This document shows, one piece after another, positions 38,281 through 48,042 of a stretch of DNA of 61,479 bases (position 1 is the first letter of the stretch; every line of letters starts with the position of its first letter). A program made the translations under genes and the position numbers. This stretch comes from a virus. Taxonomy: Duplodnaviria; Caudoviricetes. Under the pieces are notes generated by a model, which was given only the letters and a program-made list of their open reading frames with translations, ran no database searches and had not been told where the DNA came from. The DNA is taken from positions 1-61,479 of IMG/VR virus record IMGVR_UViG_3300038962_000175, one strand, 5' to 3'.

Positions 38281-38733
38281 TTATCTTCTCATTATACAGC
38301 TATCGCATTTATAATTCTCTCTCACGAGAGACGGGCTGATTTTAAACTCCTTGTTACACGAAGAACATTGGATTGATGTCTTTTTGAATGGCTGTCTTGT
38401 TCTCTCTACCGGGGGCTTAACTGCTAAAATTTTATCCAGTTCACGATCTTCAGGTGCTTCGGTCCCATCATCAACAAAAGTATTTTCTCTATCTCTGATT
38501 TCCAGAGGTTCTGCTCTGGAATACTTTGAAGGTTTTCCAGAGGATCTTGTAGAGGTTATGAAATCTTCAGCATCAGAAGACGAATCTGACACCACCTGTT
38601 TCAGAAGAGGATCTTGGGTATCAACGACCTCTTCCCGAGAAACTATTTCCCCGGTGAGGTCATAAAAACCTTCTGACACCAAATCCATATCTTCTTTTTC
38701 TATACCGGCCTTTATTTTTTCTATCGGGGTCAT
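38281..38733 (-). CDS. Hypothetical protein with C-terminal zinc ribbon
   Basis: CSSC...CDSC. Confidence 0.65.
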   Translation of the reverse strand: MTPIEKIKAGIEKEDMDLVSEGFYDLTGEIVSREEVVDTQDPLLKQVVSDSSSDAEDFITSTRSSGKPSKYSRAEPLEIRDRENTFVDDGTEAPEDRELDKILAVKPPVERTRQPFKKTSIQCSSCNKEFKISPSLVRENYKCDSCIMRR

Positions 38734-39215
38734 GAATAAGCCTTTCTTTTTGCTAGCTCTAGCAGAGACTCCCCCATCCTTCGAACATCTCTGATTTTTT
38801 CAGACATTCTATCCACTCTAGCCTGAGCATGTTTCCTTATATTGTCAATTTTTACAGCAAATTCGTTGTTATTTATTACGTGCTGTTGTTTTATTTCATG
38901 TTTCATATACTTGTCAAACTGTCCCATCTCATTAGCGACAATTTGTCTTAGAGTGTCGTTGGCATAATTTAGCTTCACTAAGTTTTGGTTATACTCTTCC
39001 TGTAGGTAGTTCGCATAAGCAAATACGACATAAGATCCAGCGACACAATCTTCAGAAGATAGATCTTTAAGATCCCCTATTTTCATATTCAGCACACCAA
39101 CAGCCTCAACATTAAAACCTACAGCACAAAGGTGCTTGGCGTTAATGTAGTCTTCTACCGACTTCTCAAATCTAGCAAGTCTTTCAGACGCCGTTAATTT
39201 TTCGTGTCCAGACAT
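38730..39215 (-). CDS. Helical coiled-coil protein (possible UvsY-like mediator)
   Basis: Heptad-rich and located between recA and dnaB; function inferred from context only. Confidence 0.4.
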   Translation of the reverse strand: MSGHEKLTASERLARFEKSVEDYINAKHLCAVGFNVEAVGVLNMKIGDLKDLSSEDCVAGSYVVFAYANYLQEEYNQNLVKLNYANDTLRQIVANEMGQFDKYMKHEIKQQHVINNNEFAVKIDNIRKHAQARVDRMSEKIRDVRRMGESLLELAKRKAYS

Positions 39216-39606
39216 CGTCGCTTTCAGAATATTTCAGAACCACTATTCTCAGGGAATTCATTTCACACCAGTCTATCTTGTCCCTGTCCCTCTTTCTGGA
39301 ACGGTAATACTCACCCTTGGTTTTGTGGTAAAAAGGAACAAATTCATAATGTTGTTGTCCATGAACTTCTATTACCAGCTTGTGTGATGGAATAAAAAAG
39401 TCTGCGTAGAGGAGGGATTTTCTGCTCTGTGTATTGCTACCCGGAAGAGACACCTCCTCTAAGATCCTATCTCTAGGAAACAGTTTGCGGAGAATGGCTC
39501 TGGCTCTTAGATGGTTCTTGGATCGGTGCCTTTTGTCATCTTTATCTGGAACGTATTTTGTTAGGTTCCATTTTTTGCTATTGCCATCAAAGCCTACAAT
39601 CTTCAC
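39184..39606 (-). CDS. Vsr/DUF559-like endonuclease
   Basis: ADFFIP..LVIEVHGQQHY...RDRDKIDWC. Confidence 0.78.
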   Translation of the reverse strand: MKIVGFDGNSKKWNLTKYVPDKDDKRHRSKNHLRARAILRKLFPRDRILEEVSLPGSNTQSRKSLLYADFFIPSHKLVIEVHGQQHYEFVPFYHKTKGEYYRSRKRDRDKIDWCEMNSLRIVVLKYSESDDVWTRKINGV

Positions 39607-40646
39607 AAGATATCTTCTAACTCCTTATGCAGCAATTGCATAATGTCTTCATTTTCACTCATGAACTCATACAATTTGTCTTGGCCTTGAAATTTTTTTT
39701 CCACCATTTCTGAATATTTTTCTTTGTGGTTTTCAAGGAATTCACATCTATACCAAGCTCCAGCTTTTGAAATCAGACCAAATTCAATTCCCATCATTAT
39801 GAGTTCTTGAATTTTGTCAACACCCATTCCGTATCTTATCCAGCTTTGGGCAGTAGAGTTTGGAAACCCTCCAGCCGAGGAGCATAAGACTTTCCAGTTG
39901 ACCTGTTGTCCTATACATTTCCCCTTGGCTTCCCAAGGTTTTATGTATTCTATTATGAGGTTTGTGTCAGCTTGGTATTGTATCTTTTTTCCGCCGTCAG
40001 CTAGTTTGGTTTTTCTACCCATACCGCTGGTATTTGCAATGTAGTGAGTTATAAGAATTATAATTGCTCTTTGTTTGGTCACTACATTAGACAGTCGTCT
40101 GGTAAAAGATGCTAGAATTTTAGGGAGTCCCGCTCTGAATTGACCACTGACATCTTCTACCAATTCTCTTTCTGGAATTAATGCAGAAGCTGAATCAATA
40201 ATAACGACACACTCTGGTTCGCCACTCACATATTTTACAACAATATCCAGATATTCCTCCGCACTCATAGGTTCGGCTGTGGATTCAACCACGCGAACCT
40301 TGTTAACTTGCAACCCCTTTACACCGCCAAGATTCATAGCCTTCAGTCGGCCTTCCGCATTGATAAAAATAACGGGTCTCGATCCGTTTTCTTCTTTTTG
40401 ACAGTTTGCGGCAAATTGTAAGGCCGTTGTTGTCTTGCCGGTTTTAGGTTCTCCTGTAAAGATAACCCAGCTACCCTCTCTAATACCACCCCCCAGCGCA
40501 ACGTCTATAGCAGGGCTAACGGATATAACTTTTAGATTAGAACTCTCTTCAAAAACATCTAAGCCATCTCTTACTACATATCCGTACTTTTTTATAATCT
40601 CTTTTGTGGCGGCGTCATCAAAAACTGTCTTCTTGATTTTAGACAT
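39603..40646 (-). CDS. recA: RecA/UvsX-like recombinase (divergent)
   Basis: DVALGGG, GEPKTGKTT, NAE, IDSASAL, GG..IQY, KAGAWY, KFQG. Confidence 0.85.
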   Translation of the reverse strand: MSKIKKTVFDDAATKEIIKKYGYVVRDGLDVFEESSNLKVISVSPAIDVALGGGIREGSWVIFTGEPKTGKTTTALQFAANCQKEENGSRPVIFINAEGRLKAMNLGGVKGLQVNKVRVVESTAEPMSAEEYLDIVVKYVSGEPECVVIIDSASALIPERELVEDVSGQFRAGLPKILASFTRRLSNVVTKQRAIIILITHYIANTSGMGRKTKLADGGKKIQYQADTNLIIEYIKPWEAKGKCIGQQVNWKVLCSSAGGFPNSTAQSWIRYGMGVDKIQELIMMGIEFGLISKAGAWYRCEFLENHKEKYSEMVEKKFQGQDKLYEFMSENEDIMQLLHKELEDIL

Positions 40647-41082
40647 CTAGATCTCGCAGTTTGTTTATTTTACTTCTCTTACCAAATGGTTTTTGAGGAG
40701 TCTTTACATCGTTAGAATCTGGAAGTTGTATAACCTGTTCTTCGAAGGCGTCGAGCCTGTTTAAAATGTCCTCTTCCGATTTTATTAGATCTACTAACGA
40801 AGGAAATCTAAGAGAATATATCTTACAGCCACGACTGCTCTTTAAAGCTTTTATCACCGCTCTTTCATCGTAATCTTCGACAAGGCGGTTGGCCAGTATT
40901 ATTTGATGAGTATAAGTTTTTTTCCATTTGTCTGTGTTCCAGAATTTGTAAGCCAAAGAACCTTCGTTTGAGTTCTCGGCCATTCTTTGACACATCATCT
41001 CGGCTATATATTGAGCCGCTGTGCAGTAGTCTCCAGTAGAAGGTGATTTGTACCTGCTTCTGTCTGTTCTTTTACCAGTCAT
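40639..41082 (-). CDS. Hypothetical protein
   Basis: ORF overlapping its neighbours. Confidence 0.65.
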   Translation of the reverse strand: MTGKRTDRSRYKSPSTGDYCTAAQYIAEMMCQRMAENSNEGSLAYKFWNTDKWKKTYTHQIILANRLVEDYDERAVIKALKSSRGCKIYSLRFPSLVDLIKSEEDILNRLDAFEEQVIQLPDSNDVKTPQKPFGKRSKINKLRDLDV

Positions 41083-41506
41083 GTTTAGCTATTAAGCATT
41101 CTCCAGCCAGTCGTGGATCTCTAGGCTCAGATGCTTCTGGCTCCAATTCGGGTACTATCCAACTTTTTACGAGCAGAGAACCATTCTCTTTTAAAGCTCC
41201 CGCCATGTATAGATGGCGAGTATCGTCACCAAACATGGTTCCAGAAGCCCCCTTGCAAAAATAGTAGCCTATGTCCTCTTCTCCGATTTCTACTTCATGA
41301 GATCGAAAAACTAGCTTCATTGATTTAATATAAACACTATTATCATTACAGTAGTTTCTAAGTCTAATCCATGCGCTATTCTCTTTTAAGCCCGGTCTCC
41401 CATCGTCCTGATAGACACGCTGGCCATCAGAAAGATCTACCGTCCACATGGCGTTTTTATCTGCGAACTCTCCGACGTAACTATCAAATTCAGTACATAT
41501 TGTCAT
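41072..41506 (-). CDS. Hypothetical protein
   Basis: ORF in operon. Confidence 0.65.
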   Translation of the reverse strand: MTICTEFDSYVGEFADKNAMWTVDLSDGQRVYQDDGRPGLKENSAWIRLRNYCNDNSVYIKSMKLVFRSHEVEIGEEDIGYYFCKGASGTMFGDDTRHLYMAGALKENGSLLVKSWIVPELEPEASEPRDPRLAGECLIAKHDW

Positions 41507-41508
41507 GA

Positions 41509-41832
41509 CTATGTCTCTTTTATCCTGTGAATACTTCCTCTGAACGACCTCCCCGCAGTATTTTTATTCTTTATTCTCTCGGCTTTCTTTTCATCAGAGA
41601 GCATGGAGGCGTTTTCTGTCATGGTAGTAGCACCACGATCTGTTCTAGCCATAAGATCTGAGACCTTTGGACTGGGGTCATCGTCCTGATCAGGAAGAGT
41701 TTCTCTATATTTCTCAACGATTCCAGACGATCTGTTGAGGTCTTTCGACAGATCTTCAGTACTTAATTTCACATTGTTTTTTATATAAAATTTCTCAGCC
41801 TTACTAAGCGGCCCACCTTTTGTTTTAGACAT
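41509..41832 (-). CDS. Hypothetical protein, possible N-terminal HTH
   Basis: LSKAEKFYI...STEDLSKDLNRS...V pattern. Confidence 0.55.
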   Translation of the reverse strand: MSKTKGGPLSKAEKFYIKNNVKLSTEDLSKDLNRSSGIVEKYRETLPDQDDDPSPKVSDLMARTDRGATTMTENASMLSDEKKAERIKNKNTAGRSFRGSIHRIKET

Positions 41833-42172
41833 CTACCATACTCCTTTCAGCGAGTGATAAAAAGGATCTATTTTTTCCTTCTATGAATTTGTAGTAGTGT
41901 TCAAAAACGTTTTTTGAAACTTTTACAAGACTAAAGTCCCTAGACCTCTCTTTGCCCGCAAAGATCCCCCAAGGATCAAATAAAACTCCTCGTCCATACT
42001 TTACGTAATAAGTTTCTCTGTTGGTTTGTGAGTTTACAACTTTTTTGCAGTAGGCTTTTGGGTCACCTTCTGTGGTTTCTCTACCCTTGTGAGTGTAGTA
42101 GAAGTGTAAATAAGAATCTGGTTCTGGCAGATCTATATCAATGTTGTCATTTTCATGTCGAGCCATTTTCAC
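41825..42172 (-). CDS. Hypothetical protein
   Basis: ORF in operon. Confidence 0.6.
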   Translation of the reverse strand: MKMARHENDNIDIDLPEPDSYLHFYYTHKGRETTEGDPKAYCKKVVNSQTNRETYYVKYGRGVLFDPWGIFAGKERSRDFSLVKVSKNVFEHYYKFIEGKNRSFLSLAERSMVDV

Positions 42173-42383
42173 CTCTGAATTCCGAAATTTTCTTTTGTAT
42201 TTTACTCAGACAGTCCCATTGATCTTTTCCATCAATGTACAGCAAAAAGTCTTCACGCAGCCCGCACTTGTCCAAGATTTCTTTTTCGACACTTCTAGAG
42301 GAGCATTCCCCGGTGTTTAAGATTGTGTGAAGAGATAGATTTATCCTAAGCACTGCTCTATGCGGCTTGTTGGCTTCTTTCAT
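42153..42383 (-). CDS. Hypothetical protein
   Basis: ORF coupled by a TGATG overlap. Confidence 0.55.
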   Translation of the reverse strand: MKEANKPHRAVLRINLSLHTILNTGECSSRSVEKEILDKCGLREDFLLYIDGKDQWDCLSKIQKKISEFRGENGST

Positions 42384-42730
42384 CAGTCTCCCTTTTCTAT
42401 GAATCTTCGTCTCTGGGAATCTGACATCTTATTTATTTGTCGATTGGAATACTTGCTGTCTTTTTTCCACCAAGGGCCGCTGTCTGACTTGCCGCTCTCT
42501 TTTTCTCTTTTTTCACTAAGCTCATAAGAACCCATCTTTTTGGTATTCCTATCAGCCCAATGCTCTACAGTTTGAGGCTCGCCCTTGACGAATATATATC
42601 CAGAGCTAATTAGTCTTTCTAACTTGTGCTTTTTGCATGAGGGGCACTTTTTTTTCTTGGCACTCCCCATTTTTTGCTCTATCTCAAACCCTTCTTCACA
42701 TGAAGAGCATCTATATTCATAAACTGGCAT
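42383..42730 (-). CDS. FmdB-family zinc-ribbon protein
   Basis: MPVYEYRCSSC..FE......CPSC...LERLIS. Confidence 0.88.
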   Translation of the reverse strand: MPVYEYRCSSCEEGFEIEQKMGSAKKKKCPSCKKHKLERLISSGYIFVKGEPQTVEHWADRNTKKMGSYELSEKREKESGKSDSGPWWKKDSKYSNRQINKMSDSQRRRFIEKGD

Positions 42731-42941
42731 CTTCTTTACTTTTTAATGCATGTTCTAATCGTGATATATACACATCTAAATCTTTAGAATTTCCCTTTAC
42801 TTTTATTATATCCTCACACAACACTCTTAGTCTGAGAAGATCTTTGGCGAGAGTTTCTACTATCTCGTAACCAAATGCCGGAACCTGCTTTGTTAAATCA
42901 ATTATCTGATTCAAATTGTCTTCTGAAAGTTTAATAGTCAT
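42717..42941 (-). CDS. Hypothetical protein
   Basis: 74-aa coupled ORF. Confidence 0.55.
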   Translation of the reverse strand: MTIKLSEDNLNQIIDLTKQVPAFGYEIVETLAKDLLRLRVLCEDIIKVKGNSKDLDVYISRLEHALKSKEDASL

Positions 42942-43585
42942 TAATAAAGCCTGTCTATTATGGCCCCTATAATTGGATTTCTGACTATATCTTCAGCCGT
43001 CAATTCCATTATACCAACATTCTGAACCTTGTCAAGCCTTGTTATAATTTCGTTGAAGTCACAGCTAGGTTTGTTTGATAGGTCACTTTGACCAAGGTCT
43101 CCATTGATCACTGCTTTGGAGTCCCTGCCCACTCTAGTTATGAACATCTTTATCTGGTCAAAGGTTGCGTTTTGAGCTTCGTCTAAAATCATAAATGAGT
43201 TATGAAAGTTTCTACCACGCATGTACTCCAAGGGTACAATCTCAATAATATCATGGTCAAGAAATTTTTTTGATTGCTCTTTGGTAAGATAAAGATCCAT
43301 CTCTTCCAGAACTGGAATAAGGTATGGGTGTATTTTATCTTTAAAGGAACCGGGTAAAAATCCCAACCCTTGTCTTCCAGACTCTACGACGGGTCTGGTT
43401 ATTATAATCTTTCTTATTTTAGACTCACTTAGATATTCACAAGCAAGCCCAACTGATACACTAGTTTTGCCGGTCCCTGCTGGGCCATGGCATAGTGTAA
43501 CTATGTTGTCTGCCATTAAGCGTATGTAATCAGCTTGGTTCTCTGTTTTAGGATGAAGGCGTCTTTTTTTATATTTACGAGCCAC
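42941..43585 (-). CDS. phoH: PhoH-family ATPase
   Basis: GPAGTGKT, RPVVE, LGFLPG, YMRGR, LDEAQN, GD..QSDL, DIVR. Confidence 0.95.
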   Translation of the reverse strand: MARKYKKRRLHPKTENQADYIRLMADNIVTLCHGPAGTGKTSVSVGLACEYLSESKIRKIIITRPVVESGRQGLGFLPGSFKDKIHPYLIPVLEEMDLYLTKEQSKKFLDHDIIEIVPLEYMRGRNFHNSFMILDEAQNATFDQIKMFITRVGRDSKAVINGDLGQSDLSNKPSCDFNEIITRLDKVQNVGIMELTAEDIVRNPIIGAIIDRLY

Positions 43586-44099
43586 TACTCCCGAAGCCTT
43601 TCTCGCCTCTTTCTGTTTTATATAGTTCAGTTACCTCTTCAATTTTAACTGTAGGTATTGACTGTATCACCATCTGTGCTATCTTGTCCCCAATTTTTAC
43701 ATCATAACTAACTGGTGCATATGGCCAGAACTGCATTCCGTAACCTGAGTTATGGAGACAGATTTTTATCTCTCCAGTATAGCCACTATCTATAACTCCA
43801 GCAAATCTGTGTATTCCTTTACATCCCATTGATGATCTGTCCCATATCAAACCAACAAAACCTTCCGGTATGGAAACAGACACGCCTGTGTCTACTGTGA
43901 TGGTTTCTAGGTGTTTGATTGTGACAGTTTCGTCCGAATAAAAGTCTATCCCTGCGTCATGTTTGTTTGCCTTGGTGGGCAAGGTGGCTGTGTCGGAGAG
44001 GCGTTTTACCTTAAGTTCTATGTGTTTATCATCAACACATTCTAACTTTAGTCGGCCACCGCAAGTGTCGCTACATTTGGGTTTGGGATAAAAGACCAT
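43575..44099 (-). CDS. dut: Trimeric dUTPase
   Basis: AGID, DRSS, GVIDSGYTGE, KIAQ, RGEKGFGSS. Confidence 0.95.
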   Translation of the reverse strand: MVFYPKPKCSDTCGGRLKLECVDDKHIELKVKRLSDTATLPTKANKHDAGIDFYSDETVTIKHLETITVDTGVSVSIPEGFVGLIWDRSSMGCKGIHRFAGVIDSGYTGEIKICLHNSGYGMQFWPYAPVSYDVKIGDKIAQMVIQSIPTVKIEEVTELYKTERGEKGFGSSGS

Positions 44100-44102
44100 T
44101 TG

Positions 44103-44345
44103 TTAATCCTCTTTGGACTTGTCCTCGCTGTCTCTGGTAGACTCAGCATAATCTACAAAGTCTACATAATTTTCTTTTGATGTGATCAAGTCGTCGTATG
44201 GAAATTTGTGAGATATATTGAAGTGTTTGACTTCTGAAGACTCATCGTCTATGTAAGAGAGGTGCATTACAAAACCAATTTTATCACTTTCGGCTTCTTC
44301 TATAATGCTACCAACAAAGGTTTCAAATTTTTTTATATCGCTCAT
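44103..44345 (-). CDS. Hypothetical acidic protein
   Basis: 80-aa coupled ORF. Confidence 0.55.
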   Translation of the reverse strand: MSDIKKFETFVGSIIEEAESDKIGFVMHLSYIDDESSEVKHFNISHKFPYDDLITSKENYVDFVDYAESTRDSEDKSKED

Positions 44346-46528
44346 ATTATTTCACACGCCCCGCCTGAACAGGCTATCTCTTGTTCTAGTTTTGTGTTGT
44401 CTTGCTCTTCTATGCATGTTGTATAATCAACCGATTCATACTTTCTTTTTGTATCAAGCCATTCTTTCCAATTATATACATCCTTCATACAGTAGCTTAA
44501 CTTTTTTACATCACCATTCATATATTTGTCAGCGAACTTTTGACACCTGTTGACCCAAGTCTTTTTGCCGTTACCCTTTACTCTCTCTCCAAGACCCAAT
44601 AAGGAGTCACAAGCAGCCCAAAGATTGTCTTCCCATAAGTTCAGAGCAACCTCTATCAAACCGCTTACAAACATGGCCCCGTCACCGTAGTGGGAGACCA
44701 TTTCGCTGGGAAGATACACCGTTGTAAACGGTGCTTGCGGATAGTCTTTGTCTCCACTCACTGGGAGCAGAGAGACACCACAAAAATACCTTCGATTCTT
44801 ATAGATGAAATTTTCTACTTCATCCCATTCTTCAGGTTTCACGTTGATGGTGTTTGATACGTTATGCTGTAGGAAATCTTTTACACACAGTTTTTCATTA
44901 CGTCCGGTCATAACCCAGTTCTTTTGGGTGCTCTTTACGTATTCCAAAAGATCTATAGCGCCAACTTTATTTTTTAGCTTTGCGCCATCTGGAACTTCTA
45001 TACAGAAAGAAACAACATCGTCACTGTCATTCGCAGACCACACAGATTCCTGACAGGCGCGAGGATTTGTCTTTCTGAAATGCTGATATATGCTTTCCAT
45101 CTTGTTAGCCTGAACGCGACGAATGTATCGCTTGGCATGATGTGGATGTATGCCACTGCTAGTCCCTAGTATGCAGCTAGCAGTGCCTTCTGGTTTTACA
45201 CAGGTTGTTCTTGAAGCCTGATTGATCCCGATTTTTTCGGCAAACTCCTTGTTGGTTTTCTTGACAATTCTAGCCCCTTCTCTTTGGATTTCTGGGTCTA
45301 GACAAAGTTCATGCTGTTCCATTATCCCTGTCATGGAAACACCAAGAAGAGATTCTCTTTTCAAGATTCTTTCGCTAACTTCTCCGAGGTACTTCATCTC
45401 AGTAAAGCCAGCTTGTAGTGTTCCAACTATGGCCGCTGCTTTACAGGATTCCAGAAATTCCTCTTTGGTTTTTACTTTAGCGCAATTAACGGTGCTAAGA
45501 TTGCATGCTTGCCATCCGGTTTTGCCAGTTTCTTCGTCAACGGGATACAGTCCAATTTCCACGCAGGGGTTAACGATAAGCTCTGTCGAATCTGACCAGA
45601 CAAATCCCGGTTCTCCAAACTCCTTTACCGACTGCATCAAAGAAGAAAATTGTTCAGGAGTCGTTGAATCCCGTAGTAAAAGAGCAGAATTATTAGACCG
45701 GCCACGTTGAGGATTATCGTGAAACCAATTACCAGTCTTTGCCAATGCCATCTCTTCATCGTCTGGCGAAAAAAGACAAATCGTAGCACTTCTGCGTACC
45801 CCGCCAGAAATAACAGCGTCAGCAGCATGCATAACAACATCGTAGACATCTATGGGTCTCAGTTTTTTATCAGAACTAAACTCGCAGTTTCTTAACGCCT
45901 TGTCTAGCACCTTTTTAATATTGGTCAAAGCTTTTTTCAGAGGCTCTGGACCGGGGGCTTTTCCTGAGCTTGAACTTAGATAAGAACCGGCTGGCCGGAT
46001 TTGAGAATAGTCAAAAGTTACATTTTTACCAGAGTATTCTGGAAACAGTTCTTTTTGTTCGAAATAACTGGTCACCAAGACACCAACGGCATCAGACCAT
46101 CCCTCTATTGTATCTGGAATGGTGAATTTCTTTGTGCCAATTTTTTTATAGACCAGTTTCGGTAACTTATCTACATGATGTTTTTGAACGGAAAAGCCAA
46201 CCCCACAGCCACACAACAAAAGATACATACTCTCTTGAAAAAATCTTGGTCTATCAATATATGAGGCAATGCAGTTGTATATCCTAGCATTGTGTTTAAG
46301 GATTGGCTTGCCGCCAAATTGTAATGCTCTTTGAGATCCCAGAACTCTTTTCTTGTGCATCAAGTCATATGCCCAATCAACATCCCCATTAATTTCAGGA
46401 TATTTTTCGTGCATCATTTCACGAACTCTGTCAACACTCTCCTTCCAAGTCTCTCTACGTTTTTTTTCTGGTATCCATCTGGCGTATTTTGATACAAAAG
46501 TATAGTTTTCCAGTTCCTTTATGGACAT
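44342..46528 (-). CDS. nrdJ: Class II (B12-dependent, monomeric RTPR-type) ribonucleotide reductase
   Basis: YNC, GCGVGFS, GGVRRSA, NPCVEI, CNL, TCVKPEGT, C-terminal CSGGACE; no beta subunit nearby. Confidence 0.9.
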   Translation of the reverse strand: MSIKELENYTFVSKYARWIPEKKRRETWKESVDRVREMMHEKYPEINGDVDWAYDLMHKKRVLGSQRALQFGGKPILKHNARIYNCIASYIDRPRFFQESMYLLLCGCGVGFSVQKHHVDKLPKLVYKKIGTKKFTIPDTIEGWSDAVGVLVTSYFEQKELFPEYSGKNVTFDYSQIRPAGSYLSSSSGKAPGPEPLKKALTNIKKVLDKALRNCEFSSDKKLRPIDVYDVVMHAADAVISGGVRRSATICLFSPDDEEMALAKTGNWFHDNPQRGRSNNSALLLRDSTTPEQFSSLMQSVKEFGEPGFVWSDSTELIVNPCVEIGLYPVDEETGKTGWQACNLSTVNCAKVKTKEEFLESCKAAAIVGTLQAGFTEMKYLGEVSERILKRESLLGVSMTGIMEQHELCLDPEIQREGARIVKKTNKEFAEKIGINQASRTTCVKPEGTASCILGTSSGIHPHHAKRYIRRVQANKMESIYQHFRKTNPRACQESVWSANDSDDVVSFCIEVPDGAKLKNKVGAIDLLEYVKSTQKNWVMTGRNEKLCVKDFLQHNVSNTINVKPEEWDEVENFIYKNRRYFCGVSLLPVSGDKDYPQAPFTTVYLPSEMVSHYGDGAMFVSGLIEVALNLWEDNLWAACDSLLGLGERVKGNGKKTWVNRCQKFADKYMNGDVKKLSYCMKDVYNWKEWLDTKRKYESVDYTTCIEEQDNTKLEQEIACSGGACEII

Positions 46529-46534
46529 CTTGTC

Positions 46535-46702
46535 TTATTTCTCGCGCTTGGTTTTTTTGTTTTTACCCTTCGACTTCGATCTTGCTCTCTTTTTTTCATA
46601 CCAGTCAGACAGATCACTCCCCTTATCAAAGAATTTTTCTTGTCCGTTAGCCATTACTATGGAGAATCTCTTCTCTTGATTTTTTTTACCCTTGTCAAGC
46701 AT
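46535..46702 (-). CDS. Small basic protein, 55 aa (absent from ORF track)
   Basis: MLDKGKKNQEKRFSIVMANGQEKFFDKGSDLSDWYEKKRARSKSKGKNKKTKREK; TAATG overlap with the upstream gene; fills the gap. Confidence 0.65.
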   Translation of the reverse strand: MLDKGKKNQEKRFSIVMANGQEKFFDKGSDLSDWYEKKRARSKSKGKNKKTKREK

Positions 46703-47058
46703 TATCCACCTTTATTTTTTGATGCATGACCAGCCTCTATCATTAACGAAGACACATCCTCGTCCTCCAAAAAAATTCTTCCAACAACTCTACCAAAAGT
46801 AAAAACATCCTTCAACTCGCCTTCGTTGTCGGACGGAATAAACAAGGTAACTTCTTCACCATCTATTCTAGTCATTAAGAAAGATCTTGCAGCTATACCC
46901 TTTTGTTTTTCTACAATATCTCTAGTTCTAGTTTCTGGCGCCCAGCAATCCTGCAAACGAACTCTAAGTCGTCTTGTTATAGACACGTCTACAGTGTCTC
47001 CGTCTATTACTCTCACCACTGTAGCCTTGGTGGTGAATCCCTCTGGGGGTTTTTGCAT
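46702..47058 (-). CDS. Thermonuclease (SNase-like)
   Basis: RVIDGDTV, VRLQDCWAPE, FGR, LMIEAGHA. Start 47058 or 47118. Confidence 0.88.
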   Translation of the reverse strand: MQKPPEGFTTKATVVRVIDGDTVDVSITRRLRVRLQDCWAPETRTRDIVEKQKGIAARSFLMTRIDGEEVTLFIPSDNEGELKDVFTFGRVVGRIFLEDEDVSSLMIEAGHASKNKGG

Positions 47059-47104
47059 TTTGTTTTCTTTCTTCAGCCACGGAGGGGGTCCGTTGTGGAT
47101 AACC

Positions 47105-47584
47105 CTACTGCTCGACATGTTTGTATGCTTTTTCTAAATGGCTGAGATCCGGTGATATATAATTTATAATAAGACCGTTTTCTTTTAGGTGATTGTAAAC
47201 AATCTGATCTTCTTCTGAATAGCTGTGTGCTTTTTTGTTAGCTGGTAAGAACCACTCCCTGACCTCGTTTTGCCACATAAGTTTTGCACATCTGTGACAA
47301 GGGACATGAGTTATGTAAGCAACCTTTTTGAAGGAGGGCTTTATAATCATATTGCATATGGCGTTTTCTTCAGCATGAACAATGAAGGGGTACTTCATGG
47401 GTCTTACAGTAGGGAGGTTGGAAGTTTCAACATCCGAACAGAAGCCATTGTACCCTATGCTTATAATTCTATTATCCTCTCCCGTAATGACACAACCGAC
47501 CTGAGTTTGTGAGTCGCTGCTTCTGGTAGAGGCGTAGTAGGCTAGGCCGAGAAAGTAATCATGCCATGACGGACGATTTTTCAT
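47105..47584 (-). CDS. dCMP deaminase
   Basis: RPSW..YF, QVGC, GYNG, HAEEN, PCHRC. Confidence 0.92.
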   Translation of the reverse strand: MKNRPSWHDYFLGLAYYASTRSSDSQTQVGCVITGEDNRIISIGYNGFCSDVETSNLPTVRPMKYPFIVHAEENAICNMIIKPSFKKVAYITHVPCHRCAKLMWQNEVREWFLPANKKAHSYSEEDQIVYNHLKENGLIINYISPDLSHLEKAYKHVEQ

Positions 47585-47666
47585 GCCGTTTATTTTTTCT
47601 ACTTCTACGTTCTTTTTTAAGCTTCTTCTTGTCGCGCTTGCTTTTATTTCTGACAGTTTTACCCAT
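47559..47666 (-). CDS. Very basic 35-aa peptide (absent from ORF track)
   Basis: MGKTVRNKSKRDKKKLKKERRSRKNKRHEKSSVMA; overlaps both neighbours and fills the gap. Confidence 0.45.
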   Translation of the reverse strand: MGKTVRNKSKRDKKKLKKERRSRKNKRHEKSSVMA

Positions 47667-48042
47667 CTTTAAAAGCCCTTAAAAAATTATTACACATAAG
47701 ATTCTTTAGCTTTCTCTTGTTGGCATGTCTAGATAGTACACACAAATCATAACTCTCATCATATTTTTCCATGTCTGCGGACTCGGAGGCGAAAACGTAA
47801 TCGCCCCTGAATCCCAGACATCTCAAGGCGTCTCTCATGGGAGAGCCGTCTTGATCAACGTAGCAAACCTCGATGACACGATCAAGACCGGAATATGTCA
47901 TCCCGGTCTGGTCGTGATGATTTTTTAAAAGTTTGATAGAGTCAATAACCTCTGGTTGTTTTTCCAAAGGTATCATGTGATTAACTATCCGGGTAACTGG
48001 ACGATTCCAGTTACCTAATCTTTCTTCTTCTGTAGTGGGCAT
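47659..48042 (-). CDS. Hypothetical protein
   Basis: 127-aa ORF in operon. Confidence 0.6.
   Translation of the reverse strand: MPTTEEERLGNWNRPVTRIVNHMIPLEKQPEVIDSIKLLKNHHDQTGMTYSGLDRVIEVCYVDQDGSPMRDALRCLGFRGDYVFASESADMEKYDESYDLCVLSRHANKRKLKNLMCNNFLRAFKDG

Noticed and set aside
47077-47098. Short hairpin between the dCMP deaminase and thermonuclease genes
   Set aside because: Weak bulged stem with no U-tract on the coding strand; not supportable as a terminator or riboswitch.
33242-47584. Uracil- or hmU-substituted genome
   Set aside because: dUTPase, ThyX and dCMP deaminase together indicate ordinary dTTP synthesis.
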